DNA from: an uncultured delta proteobacterium
GTDB lineage: Bacteria; Desulfobacterota; Syntrophia; Syntrophales; UBA2185
DNA: 64,000 bases
Direction of reading: 5' to 3'
Assembly (NCBI GenBank): GCA_963729715.1
Contig: CAVSPA010000016.1
Location: 28,064-92,063 of the forward strand
Shown here piece by piece: positions 9,229 to 18,854 of this stretch. Position 1 is the first letter of the stretch; every line of letters starts with the position of its first letter. The position numbers were made by a program, and so were the translations under genes. The notes under the pieces were generated by a model. It was not told the origin of the DNA and made no database searches. It was given only the letters and a program-made list of their open reading frames with translations.

Positions 9229-10416
9229 CTACAGCATCTCGAAGATGCCCGCTGCTCCCATTCCTCCCGCAATGCACATGGAAACTATGCCTCTTTTTCC
9301 CATGCGTCGCTTCAATTCATAGAGGAGCTGTGCCGTCAGCTTGCCGCCCGTGGCCCCGAGTGGATGCCCGAGGGCAATGGCGCCGCCGTTAGGATTGATA
9401 TCACCTGCGGCCAGCCTGTCCTCAATCCCTACAACCTTTATAGAGTAAAGGGCCTGGCATGCGAAGGCCTCATTAATTTCGAAAACGTCAATGTCCTTCG
9501 TTGTCAATCCTGCCATCTTCAGAACCTTGGGTATCGCGAGGGCCGGCCCGATACCCATCTCTTCCGGCTTGCAGCCGGCAACAGCGAAGTGGGTCAGCCT
9601 CGCGATCGGCTTCAATCCGTATGCCCTTGCCTTTTCGTCGCTCATTAACAGGGTAAACCCGGCGCCGTCGGTCATCTGCGATGAATTACCCGCAGTAACG
9701 GAACCTCCCTGTTTGAAAGGCGACTTCAATCGTCCGAGATTCTCCATCGTAGTCGGCCATCTCACGCCGTCATCCATGTCAAATACGAACTGTTCCCTGA
9801 CCCTCTTGCCGCTCTTTGATTTCGCATAGCGATAGGCGGTAATCGGAATGATCTCTTCTTTGAACTTGCCCGCCTTTATCGCCTCGTTCGCCTTGCGGTT
9901 GCTCTCCAGACCGAACCTGTCCTGTTCCTCGCGCGGCACCTTGTAATTGGCGGCAACGTTCTCAGCAGTAATGCCCATGGACACATAGACGTTCGGCAGG
10001 TCTCCCCAGTCGGGATGAGGACGGTAAACGTTCCCTCCCATAGGGACGTGGGACATGCTCTCACAGCCCCCGGCGATGATCACGGACGACCAGCCCGCCC
10101 GGATCTTCGCTGTTGCATCGGCAATCGCCTGCAGCCCCGAAGAACAGAAACGGTTGATTGTCATAGCGGAGACGGTAACCGGAATGCCCGCTCCCATCGC
10201 TATGACCATTGCCAAGTTCATGCCCTGCTCTGCTTCCGGAAAGGCACACCCGCAAATTACGTCGTCCACGTCTTCCAGCTTCAGTTGCGGAACTCGCGCT
10301 ATCAGTCCCTTCATCACCTGGATACCTATTTCATCACTCCGGGTATACGCAAGCCCGCCTCTCTTGTAGCGACCGCCCGGGCTTCTCACAGATTCGACGA
10401 TAACAGCATCACTCAT
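9229..10416 (-). CDS. fadA: Acetyl-CoA C-acyltransferase (3-ketoacyl-CoA thiolase)
   Basis: NRFCSSGLQ, NEAFA, GHPLGATG and SMCIAGG catalytic motifs. Confidence 0.93.
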   Translation of the reverse strand: MSDAVIVESVRSPGGRYKRGGLAYTRSDEIGIQVMKGLIARVPQLKLEDVDDVICGCAFPEAEQGMNLAMVIAMGAGIPVTVSAMTINRFCSSGLQAIADATAKIRAGWSSVIIAGGCESMSHVPMGGNVYRPHPDWGDLPNVYVSMGITAENVAANYKVPREEQDRFGLESNRKANEAIKAGKFKEEIIPITAYRYAKSKSGKRVREQFVFDMDDGVRWPTTMENLGRLKSPFKQGGSVTAGNSSQMTDGAGFTLLMSDEKARAYGLKPIARLTHFAVAGCKPEEMGIGPALAIPKVLKMAGLTTKDIDVFEINEAFACQALYSIKVVGIEDRLAAGDINPNGGAIALGHPLGATGGKLTAQLLYELKRRMGKRGIVSMCIAGGMGAAGIFEML

Positions 10417-10489
10417 AATATTCCTCCTTCGTTAACGAAGCCGCTCAGCTAAACCCCGTTTCAGATTATTTAAGATGTCTTCCCTCTAA

Positions 10490-12907
10490 TCAGTTGCGCA
10501 AAGGCTTGCCCGTATTCAGCAAATGCATGATCCTGTCCTGCGTCTTTTGTTCGCCGCAGAGGCTCAAGAACGCCTCTCTTTCCAGGTTCAGGATTTCCTG
10601 TTCCGTAACGAGCGTGCCTTCCGCACAGTCGCCGCCGGAGAGGATATAGGCGAGTTTTCCGGCAATATGGACGTCATAGTCTGATATGAAATTCCCCTGT
10701 CTCATATTATATACAACGGAGCTGCACATGCCCCGCAGGTTCTCGCCCATGACTGGAATAAGCGCAGGCGCGGATTTCTTGTAGAATTTTGAGAGACCTA
10801 AGACCACCTGTTTCGCATCCCAGATCTGCTGATCCCTGTTCATGCTGATGTTATCCGTCTTCCTGACGTACCCCAGCTCCATGGCTTCGGCGGCGCTCGT
10901 CGCGACCTTTGCCATGGCTATATTTTCGAATGCCTTGGAATAGAAGTGCTGAAGGTTCAATCCCGCTTCAATGGTGCCGTCGGGAATCCCCTCGGTGACC
11001 CTCACCATTATTTCTTTGCAACCGCCTCCCGCCGGAATCACACCGACGCCGACTTCTACAAGGCCTATATATGTTTCTCCACAAGGCTGACATTTTGCGG
11101 CGTGCATGGCGATCTCGCATCCCCCACCCAGGGCCATGCCTGCAGGGGCCGTGACAACGGGCTTCCCGAGATACTTCATTCTCATGTTGGCATTCTGGAA
11201 ATCCTCCACCATCTTCTCCAGAACGTCCCAGTCGCCTTTCTGGGCGCCCACAAGCACCATGAATACATTTGCCCCGACGGAGAAGTTCACGGCATGGTTG
11301 CCAACAACCATACCTGCAAAATCCTTTTCCACGATATCGCAGCCCTCCATCATCATCTGCACGATGTACTGATCCACGGAATTCATCTTGGTATGGAATT
11401 CGAGACAAAGAACTCCGTCACCTATGTCAATGAGGCTTGCACCCGGATTCTGCTTCACAATTTTCTTTCTGTCCTTAAGGGCGGGGAGAACTATGATCTT
11501 CGCATTTTCCTTCAGCTTCACGTAACTCTTCGTTCCGAAATCATAGTAATAAAGCTCATCATTCTTTTTTGCGTAGAATGACTCAAAGCCGGCCTCAAGC
11601 ATTTCCTCGATCTTCTTGGGCACCTGTTTACCCAGTTTCTTCATCACGTCAACCGCCACCCGGACGCCCACGGCATCCCAGGTCTCGAACGGGCCAAGCT
11701 CATGATTGTAACCCCATTTCATTGCATTGTCTATGGCCACGATGCTGTCGCAAATCTCCGGCACGCGGTTGGCGGCGTAGATAAAATTGTTGCAGAGGTA
11801 TTCGCGGGCGAGATCCGCCGCCTTGTCCGTCCCGTTAAATACGGTCCTGATCATCTTGGGAACATCATCTTCCATCTTCTTCGCCTGCGAAATAGAATCA
11901 AACTTCGGTCTGGTCGCAGGCATGTACTCCATGGTGGTATAGTCGAGAACCAGTTTTTCCTTCTTGCCTTTGCCGCCCGGCGCCCGTTTATAAAACCCCT
12001 GCCTTGTCTTGTTCCCGAGCCATTTGCGTTCCATCATCGCGTTCATGACATCCGAAGGAATAAACATATCCCGCATCTCGTCGTCGGGTACCGCGTCATA
12101 GAGGTTCTTCATGACGTGGTGGCCTGTGTCCAGACCCACCAAGTCGAGGGTTCCAAAGATCGCCGAACCAGGTCTCCCCAGAGCCTTGCCTATGACTGCG
12201 TCGATTTCATCAATCCGCATCTTCTTTTCCGCCATCAACCGCACGGCATTCGATATGTCGAAGACACCGATACGGTTTCCGACAAAATTAGGAACGTCCT
12301 TGCAGATCACAACACCCTTGCCCAGCACACGTTCGCAGAACTCCACCATGTAATCCACGATCTCTTTCTTCGTCTCCGCACCGGGAATGACCTCCAGGAG
12401 TCTCATATACCGGGGCGGATTGAAAAAATGCGTTCCCAGGAAATTCTTCTTCAGGCTTGGACCAAAATTAGCAGAAATGTCCTTGATGGGTATGCCCGAC
12501 GTATTTGTTGTTACAATGCAGTTCGGCTTTACCACTTTCTCGACCTTTGCAAACAACTCCTGCTTTATCTTGAGGTTCTCGATGACAACCTCAATAACCC
12601 AATCCACATCAGAGAGCCATGTCAGATTGTCTTCGAAATTTCCGACTTTAATCATTGAGGCGTTCTTCTTCGTATAGAAGGAAGCAGGTTTGGATTTCAC
12701 GGCGGCACTTAGCCCGTTTGCAGCAAACCTGTTGCGCCACTCGGGACTCCTTTCGGTCAAACCCTTCAGCTTGTCAGCTTCCGTAAGCTCGAAGGGAATT
12801 ATATCGAGCAACACACACCCGATCCCCGCATTGGTCAGATGCGCCGCTATGGAAGCACCCATGACCCCTGCGCCCAAAACTGCAGCTTTTTTAATATTGT
12901 AAGACAT
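10490..12907 (-). CDS. fadN: 3-hydroxyacyl-CoA dehydrogenase / enoyl-CoA hydratase fusion (FadN-type, dehydrogenase first)
   Basis: VLGAGVMG Rossmann motif, TNTSG, THFFNPPRYM; C-terminal crotonase ALGGGCE and GLVEVGVGVIPAGGG; ends KPLRN. Confidence 0.9.
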   Translation of the reverse strand: MSYNIKKAAVLGAGVMGASIAAHLTNAGIGCVLLDIIPFELTEADKLKGLTERSPEWRNRFAANGLSAAVKSKPASFYTKKNASMIKVGNFEDNLTWLSDVDWVIEVVIENLKIKQELFAKVEKVVKPNCIVTTNTSGIPIKDISANFGPSLKKNFLGTHFFNPPRYMRLLEVIPGAETKKEIVDYMVEFCERVLGKGVVICKDVPNFVGNRIGVFDISNAVRLMAEKKMRIDEIDAVIGKALGRPGSAIFGTLDLVGLDTGHHVMKNLYDAVPDDEMRDMFIPSDVMNAMMERKWLGNKTRQGFYKRAPGGKGKKEKLVLDYTTMEYMPATRPKFDSISQAKKMEDDVPKMIRTVFNGTDKAADLAREYLCNNFIYAANRVPEICDSIVAIDNAMKWGYNHELGPFETWDAVGVRVAVDVMKKLGKQVPKKIEEMLEAGFESFYAKKNDELYYYDFGTKSYVKLKENAKIIVLPALKDRKKIVKQNPGASLIDIGDGVLCLEFHTKMNSVDQYIVQMMMEGCDIVEKDFAGMVVGNHAVNFSVGANVFMVLVGAQKGDWDVLEKMVEDFQNANMRMKYLGKPVVTAPAGMALGGGCEIAMHAAKCQPCGETYIGLVEVGVGVIPAGGGCKEIMVRVTEGIPDGTIEAGLNLQHFYSKAFENIAMAKVATSAAEAMELGYVRKTDNISMNRDQQIWDAKQVVLGLSKFYKKSAPALIPVMGENLRGMCSSVVYNMRQGNFISDYDVHIAGKLAYILSGGDCAEGTLVTEQEILNLEREAFLSLCGEQKTQDRIMHLLNTGKPLRN

Positions 12908-12922
12908 GTTTCTCCTCCTTGC

Positions 12923-14788
12923 TTAATAGGTAAAAGACTCTTCCGCCATTTCAATGGGAACTCTCTCGCCGAATTTGATGGCTTCGCACCTGGACTTTAC
13001 GGTGGAAAGAACGTCGACTGCAAAAAACCGAGCAGCCGCATTCTTGCCGTAATAAAACGCAACATCAGGATCTTCGTGGACCAATGCACGCTTCTTCGCT
13101 TTTGATTCTTCCACACCTCTTTCCCTGTAAATTGCATTCAGCTTCTCATCGGCAATGCCGGCAGCCTGCATCAGGAAATGCCCGATTACGACATCACCAA
13201 GAATCTCAAGGTATGGGGTCGCATTCAAAACCGGCATGAGAAAACCCGCACTCTTCCCGAGCTGGGCAAAATGCATGGTGAGGTCGATCAGAGCATTGTA
13301 GGCCTCTTCCAGATAGGCGACATGTTTTCTGAGCTCTTCTATCCGTTTCAATTGCGATATAGATGCATTAATCTCACGGAACATATTCATGACGTCCGCA
13401 CCTTTGCGCTGGCCAAGCTTCCTGCCAACCAGGTCGAGAGACTGAATACCGTTTGTCCCCTCATAGATGCTGGCTATTTTACAGTCCCTGAAGTACTGCT
13501 CGACCGGATACTCGGAACAGTAGCCGTAACCGCCATAGACATCGATGGCATAGGAGCAGATCAACTGCGCTTTTTCCGAAGAATATGCCTTGCAAACAGG
13601 TGTAAGAAGATCAACCAGTCCATGCCATTTCTCCCTCTCCTCTGCCGTTGTTGATACCCTTACCAGATCCATGCAGAACCAAGTGAAGTAGAGGAGTGCC
13701 CTCATGCCCTCTAAGTGGGCCTTCATCCAGAGAAGCTTTCTCCTAATGTCAGGATGCTGTATAATAGGGACGGCCTTAGCATCGGGATTTTTCATATCCC
13801 ACACGGGCACCCCCTGGATCCTGTCCTTGGCGTATTGAACGGCATGTTCATATGCAGCCGTTGCATGACCAAGGCTTTGCATGCCCACGTCCATCCTCGA
13901 TGCATTCATCATGAGGAACATTATTCTCATGCCCTGACACGCTTTTCCGAGAAGTTCACCGACGCACTTCCCCTCGTCGCCAAAATTAAGAGTACAGGTT
14001 GCAGACCCCTTGATTCCCATCTTATGCTCCACATTGCCTGTCCGCACGTCGTTGAATTCGCCGAGAGTGCCGTCTTCCTTGACCCTGTATTTTGGAACGA
14101 GAAAAATGGAAATGCCCCTCGTTCCCGGAGGATCTCCTTCGATCCTGGCCAGGACAGGGTGGACTATATTTTCTACAAGGTCATGGTCACCGCAAGAGAT
14201 AAATATCTTTGTGCCCGTAATGCTGAATGTTCCATCGGGCAGTCTCTTTGCAGATGTCCTCAAGGCGCCGACGTCGCTCCCCGCACCCGGTTCAGTTAAA
14301 CACATCGTGCCTGTCCACTTGCCTGCATACATATTGTACATGTATTTCTTCTTTTGTTCCTCTGTGCCGTACTGTTCAATCAAATGGGCAGCCCCGTGGG
14401 TGAGTCCTGTATAAGTAAGAAAGGCGTAATTGGCTGCAAACATAGACTCCAAGCAGGCTGATCTCACAACAAGCGGAAGCCCCTGACCTCCCACATCGGG
14501 GGATTCAGTCGAGCAGAGCCATCCGGCTTCAACATATTTCTTATAAACATCATGAAAGCTTGCAGGTGCATAAACCTTCCCGTCTTTAAGGGTGCATCCT
14601 TCTTTGTCCCCAAGAGCGTATGCGGGAAGGAGGACATTCACTGCCATCTTCTCCGCCTCACTATGCATCATTAGCACCATTTCCTTTGAAAAATCCGCAT
14701 AATCGTCATATTCGAACAATTTTTCTATGCCCAGCTGCTCAAAGAGAACAAATTGCTGATCTCTCGCGTTACTTAGTAAATTGCTCAT
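12923..14788 (-). CDS. Acyl-CoA dehydrogenase (long form)
   Basis: GTMCLTEPGAGSDVG, ITGTKIFIS, EHKMGIKGS, YAKDRIQG, GGYGY, SIYEGTNGIQ. Confidence 0.94.
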   Translation of the reverse strand: MSNLLSNARDQQFVLFEQLGIEKLFEYDDYADFSKEMVLMMHSEAEKMAVNVLLPAYALGDKEGCTLKDGKVYAPASFHDVYKKYVEAGWLCSTESPDVGGQGLPLVVRSACLESMFAANYAFLTYTGLTHGAAHLIEQYGTEEQKKKYMYNMYAGKWTGTMCLTEPGAGSDVGALRTSAKRLPDGTFSITGTKIFISCGDHDLVENIVHPVLARIEGDPPGTRGISIFLVPKYRVKEDGTLGEFNDVRTGNVEHKMGIKGSATCTLNFGDEGKCVGELLGKACQGMRIMFLMMNASRMDVGMQSLGHATAAYEHAVQYAKDRIQGVPVWDMKNPDAKAVPIIQHPDIRRKLLWMKAHLEGMRALLYFTWFCMDLVRVSTTAEEREKWHGLVDLLTPVCKAYSSEKAQLICSYAIDVYGGYGYCSEYPVEQYFRDCKIASIYEGTNGIQSLDLVGRKLGQRKGADVMNMFREINASISQLKRIEELRKHVAYLEEAYNALIDLTMHFAQLGKSAGFLMPVLNATPYLEILGDVVIGHFLMQAAGIADEKLNAIYRERGVEESKAKKRALVHEDPDVAFYYGKNAAARFFAVDVLSTVKSRCEAIKFGERVPIEMAEESFTY

Positions 14789-14888
14789 AAGAAACCTCCC
14801 TTCAATTACATCCGTTTATATTTCTCGCAAAAAGTACAGTAGCTCACTTCTGATACCGGCAAGAATAATCAAGCCCATAGGCTCCCGG

Positions 14889-15518
14889 TCAACTATTCTT
14901 TAGGCCTCTGATGAAGATGTCCATGCTCGCATTGACGGTCGACCTGATCAGGTCATCTCTCTTCGATTCTGACCCGACAAATATATATAATGAGATGATG
15001 CCGTTGAGCAGCCCCCAGAGGGCATTTCTGCATTGTCGCACGTTTATGGAAGGCGGAAATTCCCCCGTGTCAATTCCATACTGAAATATTTTCTCCATGA
15101 AGATAGTTTTATTGGTGGATTTAATGATATGGTTCTGCAGATCCTCTGGCAAATTGCTGTGGTTCGCATGGAGCATAAAGGTTATGAGGATCCTGAAGAG
15201 TTCCCTGTCCCGGAGGAAAAAGTCTACGTAAGTGGATGAGAGGCGGCTGAGCATATCCGAGGCCTTGCCCCCGTCCTCAAATAGATCGGCTACCCTTTTG
15301 TGAAACTTGTCGATGTCGTTAAGAAGAATCTGACTGTATATTTCTTCCTTACTCTTGAAATAAATGTAGACTGCGCCTTTGCTCAGTTCAGCCTTCCTGG
15401 CAATGCTTTCGACGGTCACGGACTTGAAGCCCTTCTCAAAAAACAGTTTCCTCGCCGCTTTGAGGATGGCGCTCTTCCTGTTTTCCTTCTCCCGACTTCT
15501 TCTTTTCTCAAATGCCAA
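14889..15518 (-). CDS. TetR/AcrR-family regulator leading the beta-oxidation operon
   Basis: HTH ILKAARKLFFEKGF..VTVESIARKAELSKGAVYIYFKSKE. The start is placed at TTG 15518 (AAGGAAGG RBS); ATG 15539 is the alternative. Confidence 0.88.
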   Translation of the reverse strand: MAFEKRRSREKENRKSAILKAARKLFFEKGFKSVTVESIARKAELSKGAVYIYFKSKEEIYSQILLNDIDKFHKRVADLFEDGGKASDMLSRLSSTYVDFFLRDRELFRILITFMLHANHSNLPEDLQNHIIKSTNKTIFMEKIFQYGIDTGEFPPSINVRQCRNALWGLLNGIISLYIFVGSESKRDDLIRSTVNASMDIFIRGLKNS

Positions 15519-15600
15519 GATGGTGGGACCTTCCTTCATGAAACTAAAAGAAAACTGCTTATGACGGTTGCCTGAGGCCTTGATTTGTATCCTTGATTTG

Positions 15601-15636
15601 TATAATGAACTGCAGTCATTATATGACTGCTGGTCA
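15601..15636. promoter_or_regulatory. Candidate tandem TetR operator
   Basis: TATAATGA-actgcag-TCATTATA palindrome followed by TGAC-tgctg-GTCA. It lies just downstream (minus strand) of a TTGACA at 15661-15666. Confidence 0.6.
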
Positions 15637-15794
15637 GCAATAACACCATAATCCAAGTGATGTCAAGAAAAATAAGCTAAAATAATTACCCATGGCCTCT
15701 CGAGAGGGCGTGCAAGGATGCCGCCATTTGATTTCACATTTGAATAACGGGACGGGCGACAGCAAGCACGGGAAGCGATGGTCTTCGGGTGAAT

Positions 15795-16547
15795 TCACCG
15801 ACTCCGGGGAAATAATTTTGATGTCGTTATCCCGGCCTTTGCGAGACGAAATGTAAAAGCCGTCAAAAGACATTCAAGACCATACTTCATGCTCCGCCTG
15901 AAGTTGATCGAAGAAGCTTCCGCAAAGTATTTTGTGGGGCAGCTGACTTCGGCTATGGTATGTCCGAACCAGATGATCTGAGCCAGCATCTGATTGTCAA
16001 ACACAAAATCGTCGGAATTTGCGTCTATCGGCAGCTCCTCCAACAGCTGCCGCGAAAAGGCCCGATAGCCTGTATGGTATTCAGAGAGCTTCGCACCCAT
16101 GAGAATGTTTTCCGCAAGCGTCAAAAATCGATTGGCAACATATTTCCAGGGCGGCATCCCGCCCTTCAGGGCATAACCTCCAAGTATCCTCGAACCCAAG
16201 ACACAGGAATAGAGACCATTCCCGATCAAAGCTGCGAGAGCCGGAATCAGCATAGGCGTATACTGATAATCAGGATGCACCATGATGATAATATCGCCTC
16301 CCCTTTCAAGCGCCAGTCGATAACATGTCTTCTGATTTGCACCGTAACCCCGGTTGCAATCATGAACACACACCTCCACATTTGGGAGGCTCTTCGCAAT
16401 TTCGGCAGTATCATCCTGGCTGGCATCATCGACAAGTATAATCATATCCACGATTCCCTCGGCCATTACTTCGTTATAGGTTTTTTGGAGGGTCTGCGCA
16501 GCATTATATGCGGGCATGACAACTATGACTTTTTTCCCTTTAAACAT
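15795..16547 (-). CDS. GT2 glycosyltransferase, dolichol/undecaprenyl-phosphate sugar synthase (DPM1-like)
   Basis: VVMPAYN, VDDASQD, NRGYGANQK, HPDYQY, VLGSR, GYRAFSR and FDNQML. Confidence 0.85.
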   Translation of the reverse strand: MFKGKKVIVVMPAYNAAQTLQKTYNEVMAEGIVDMIILVDDASQDDTAEIAKSLPNVEVCVHDCNRGYGANQKTCYRLALERGGDIIIMVHPDYQYTPMLIPALAALIGNGLYSCVLGSRILGGYALKGGMPPWKYVANRFLTLAENILMGAKLSEYHTGYRAFSRQLLEELPIDANSDDFVFDNQMLAQIIWFGHTIAEVSCPTKYFAEASSINFRRSMKYGLECLLTAFTFRLAKAGITTSKLFPRSR

Positions 16548-16663
16548 TGCGTTCTGGCCACCTTTAATATTTTGTGCAGGTTATGCTGACTACCAATCTT
16601 TCATCTGCCAGGATCTGCCGCTACCCGGCGCATAGTCGACACGGGAAATACTGCGATTTCATA

Positions 16664-18487
16664 TCAGCGATAAATGGCCTTCCCCTGGACAGACTTCAGA
16701 TTATTAGCGGCAGCAGCATAAGAGGGATTGATTTTCAGTGCCTCTTGAAAATGTCCCATTGCCTCCTCAGTCCGCCCCACGCTTGCCAATGCCAGGCCCA
16801 GATTGTTATGGGTCACGGCGTTGTCGCTGTCAATTTTCAGGGCTTTTTCGTAATAGCCTATGGCTTCTTCCATCTTCCCCAGCCCGGCCAAAGCGCCGCC
16901 CATATTGCGGTTGGCGTATACATAGTCAGGTCTAATTCGCAAAGCCTCCTGAAAATGTAAAATCGCCTCATCAAACTTCCCTTTGCCGGCCAAAGCTACG
17001 CCCAGATTGTTGTGCGTTGTCTCATCATCTTCTTTTATTTTCAATGCTTCATGATAATAAATTATCGCTTCATCTGTCTTCCCCTGCCCTGCCAGGGCAA
17101 CACCCATATAAGAATAGGGCCCCGCGTATTCAGGCTCTAAGCTTATAGCATATTTAAATTGATAAATGGCCTCTTCATATTTCCCCAAGCCTGTCAAAGA
17201 GATTCCGAGATTGTAATGGGCACGGGAGTTCATTCCGGTCACCCGCAAGGCATGTTCGAAGAGCGTTACACTGTTCTGCCAGTAGTGAACCTGTACGACA
17301 CTACAAATCATTAAACCCACGATCACTGCGCCTGATGATATGGCGAAGATAATCTTCCGCCGCGGCAATCCCCGGAGGAGATCAGGAATGCCCCAGGCAA
17401 TAATAATAAAAAGACCGATCATGGGAATATAGGCATAACGGTCGGCCATAGCCTGCTTGCCCACCTGTATCAGCCCGATGACAGGCACAAGGGTTCCCAG
17501 ATACCAGAGCCATCCCGTGAGTGCATACCGGTATTTGCGGATCCCAAGGACCGCAAGGCTGGATAGAACGAAGAGCAGCAAGACAGCTCCAATTATCGGC
17601 AACGCACCAAATTTCTTCGAATACGGATAAAAGACGGCGAGGTTCTCGGGCCAGAACATCATCCAGAGATATTTTGCATAGGATACTACTGCATTGGCCA
17701 TGCGGTCTGGGAGAGGCAATTTATCAATGGAAATAGTTACGTCCCCGCGAAAGCTCGAGAGGAATGTCGCTATACCGACGACGGCTGCGAGAATGAAGAG
17801 CGGTATCTTTTCAAAGACGAGACGTGGAAACATCTTCCACCCAGTGAGACGTCCCAACGGCCAGTAATCCAAGAGCAGCAAAGTAAAGGGAAATGTGACA
17901 ATCATCGGTTTGGACATTAATCCTAAGGAAAATGCCATGAGGATGAGAAAGTACCTGTATCGCGTCGGACGCTCCAGGTAATAAGTATACGACCACATAC
18001 CGGCAAACCAGAAGAACGTGCATAATACATTCTTCCGTTCCGAAATCCAGGCAACAGATTCCACATTCAGGGGATGAACAGCAAAGAGCGCTGCCACAAG
18101 CGCACTCTTCCATACAGCACCGCTCATGCGCTTCATTACTATATAGAGCAGTATGGAATTCGCGATATGGAAGATCACGCTCGTCCAATGATGCCCGCCC
18201 ACCCTCGAACCGAAGAACTGATAATCCAACATGTGCGAAACCCATGTCAGGGGATGCCAGTAGCCCGTATGGACATCTTGCAGCGCCCACGAAAGACTGC
18301 CCCACGTCAATCCGGCTTTGACATAAGGGTTTCCCGATATATAGTCTATGTCATCGAGGGAAATGAGGCCGTAATGCTGCACCGGCCAGTATGCAACAAG
18401 AACAGCAACCGCAACCAAGATACATATGAATAGATCCTGATATTCGCTGAAATAATTATCTGCGTGTCCAGCCCTGGTTGACGGCAT
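16664..18487 (-). CDS. TMTC-like protein: GT-C membrane glycosyltransferase domain + C-terminal TPR array
   Basis: LDDIDYI..N, YWHPLTW.S, HHWTSV.FH, LFAVHPLNVESVAWISERK, SKPM, ADRYAYIP, then about 6 canonical TPRs (AHYNLG, THNNLG). The start is uncertain (ORF track 18610; ATG 18487 preferred). Confidence 0.8.
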   Translation of the reverse strand: MPSTRAGHADNYFSEYQDLFICILVAVAVLVAYWPVQHYGLISLDDIDYISGNPYVKAGLTWGSLSWALQDVHTGYWHPLTWVSHMLDYQFFGSRVGGHHWTSVIFHIANSILLYIVMKRMSGAVWKSALVAALFAVHPLNVESVAWISERKNVLCTFFWFAGMWSYTYYLERPTRYRYFLILMAFSLGLMSKPMIVTFPFTLLLLDYWPLGRLTGWKMFPRLVFEKIPLFILAAVVGIATFLSSFRGDVTISIDKLPLPDRMANAVVSYAKYLWMMFWPENLAVFYPYSKKFGALPIIGAVLLLFVLSSLAVLGIRKYRYALTGWLWYLGTLVPVIGLIQVGKQAMADRYAYIPMIGLFIIIAWGIPDLLRGLPRRKIIFAISSGAVIVGLMICSVVQVHYWQNSVTLFEHALRVTGMNSRAHYNLGISLTGLGKYEEAIYQFKYAISLEPEYAGPYSYMGVALAGQGKTDEAIIYYHEALKIKEDDETTHNNLGVALAGKGKFDEAILHFQEALRIRPDYVYANRNMGGALAGLGKMEEAIGYYEKALKIDSDNAVTHNNLGLALASVGRTEEAMGHFQEALKINPSYAAAANNLKSVQGKAIYR

Positions 18488-18671
18488 CTCTATTCCACTA
18501 CGGTTATTAATCCTGCCACCATATACTAAATTACGGGCACGATGGCGAGGGTTTTTGCTCTCTGCCTCCGTCCACGGCACAGTAGACGGAGCCGCAGGAA
18601 CGATGTTCAAGGATCATAATCTTATGAATTTCGATTGTAAATCATGGATTGGATATGCTACATATCCAGTG

Positions 18672-18796
18672 CAAATTGAATTCGGTAGCGAGCGCATCCT
18701 CCGCAGCTTGCTGCGGGGTAAGCGAGCGAATGACGAACGATAGTGTTCCTTAAGAATCGAAGATTCTCCGCAGCTTGCTGCGGAGGGCTTCAAATT
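18672..18796. repeat. REP/MITE-like element with two palindromes
   Basis: Two copies of CTCCGCAG-CTTG-CTGCGG(G/A)G at 18699 and 18766, AGCGAGCG repeated twice, and CAAATT at both ends (18672, 18791). Confidence 0.7.
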
Positions 18797-18854
18797 ACCA
18801 TTCTTTAATAACAGAGCCATTCCTAAGAGAAATCCCTGCGAGGATGGTTGCACT

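Noticed and set aside
11702..12658. Long antisense ORFs (e.g. 11702-12658, 10946-11581, 25050-25721, 39101-39772, 61864-62490)
   Set aside because: They lie opposite well-supported genes and carry no recognisable motifs; shadow ORFs.
14889..15656. ORF-track start positions for several genes (TetR 15656, queD 7353, 19867, 27692, 30915, folE2 39086, pilin 38306)
   Set aside because: These extensions overlap neighbouring genes or regulatory DNA and lack an RBS; downstream starts fit family N-termini better.
18699..18785. Mini CRISPR array
   Set aside because: Only two ~20-nt palindromic units, with no cas genes or leader; better explained as a REP/MITE-like element.
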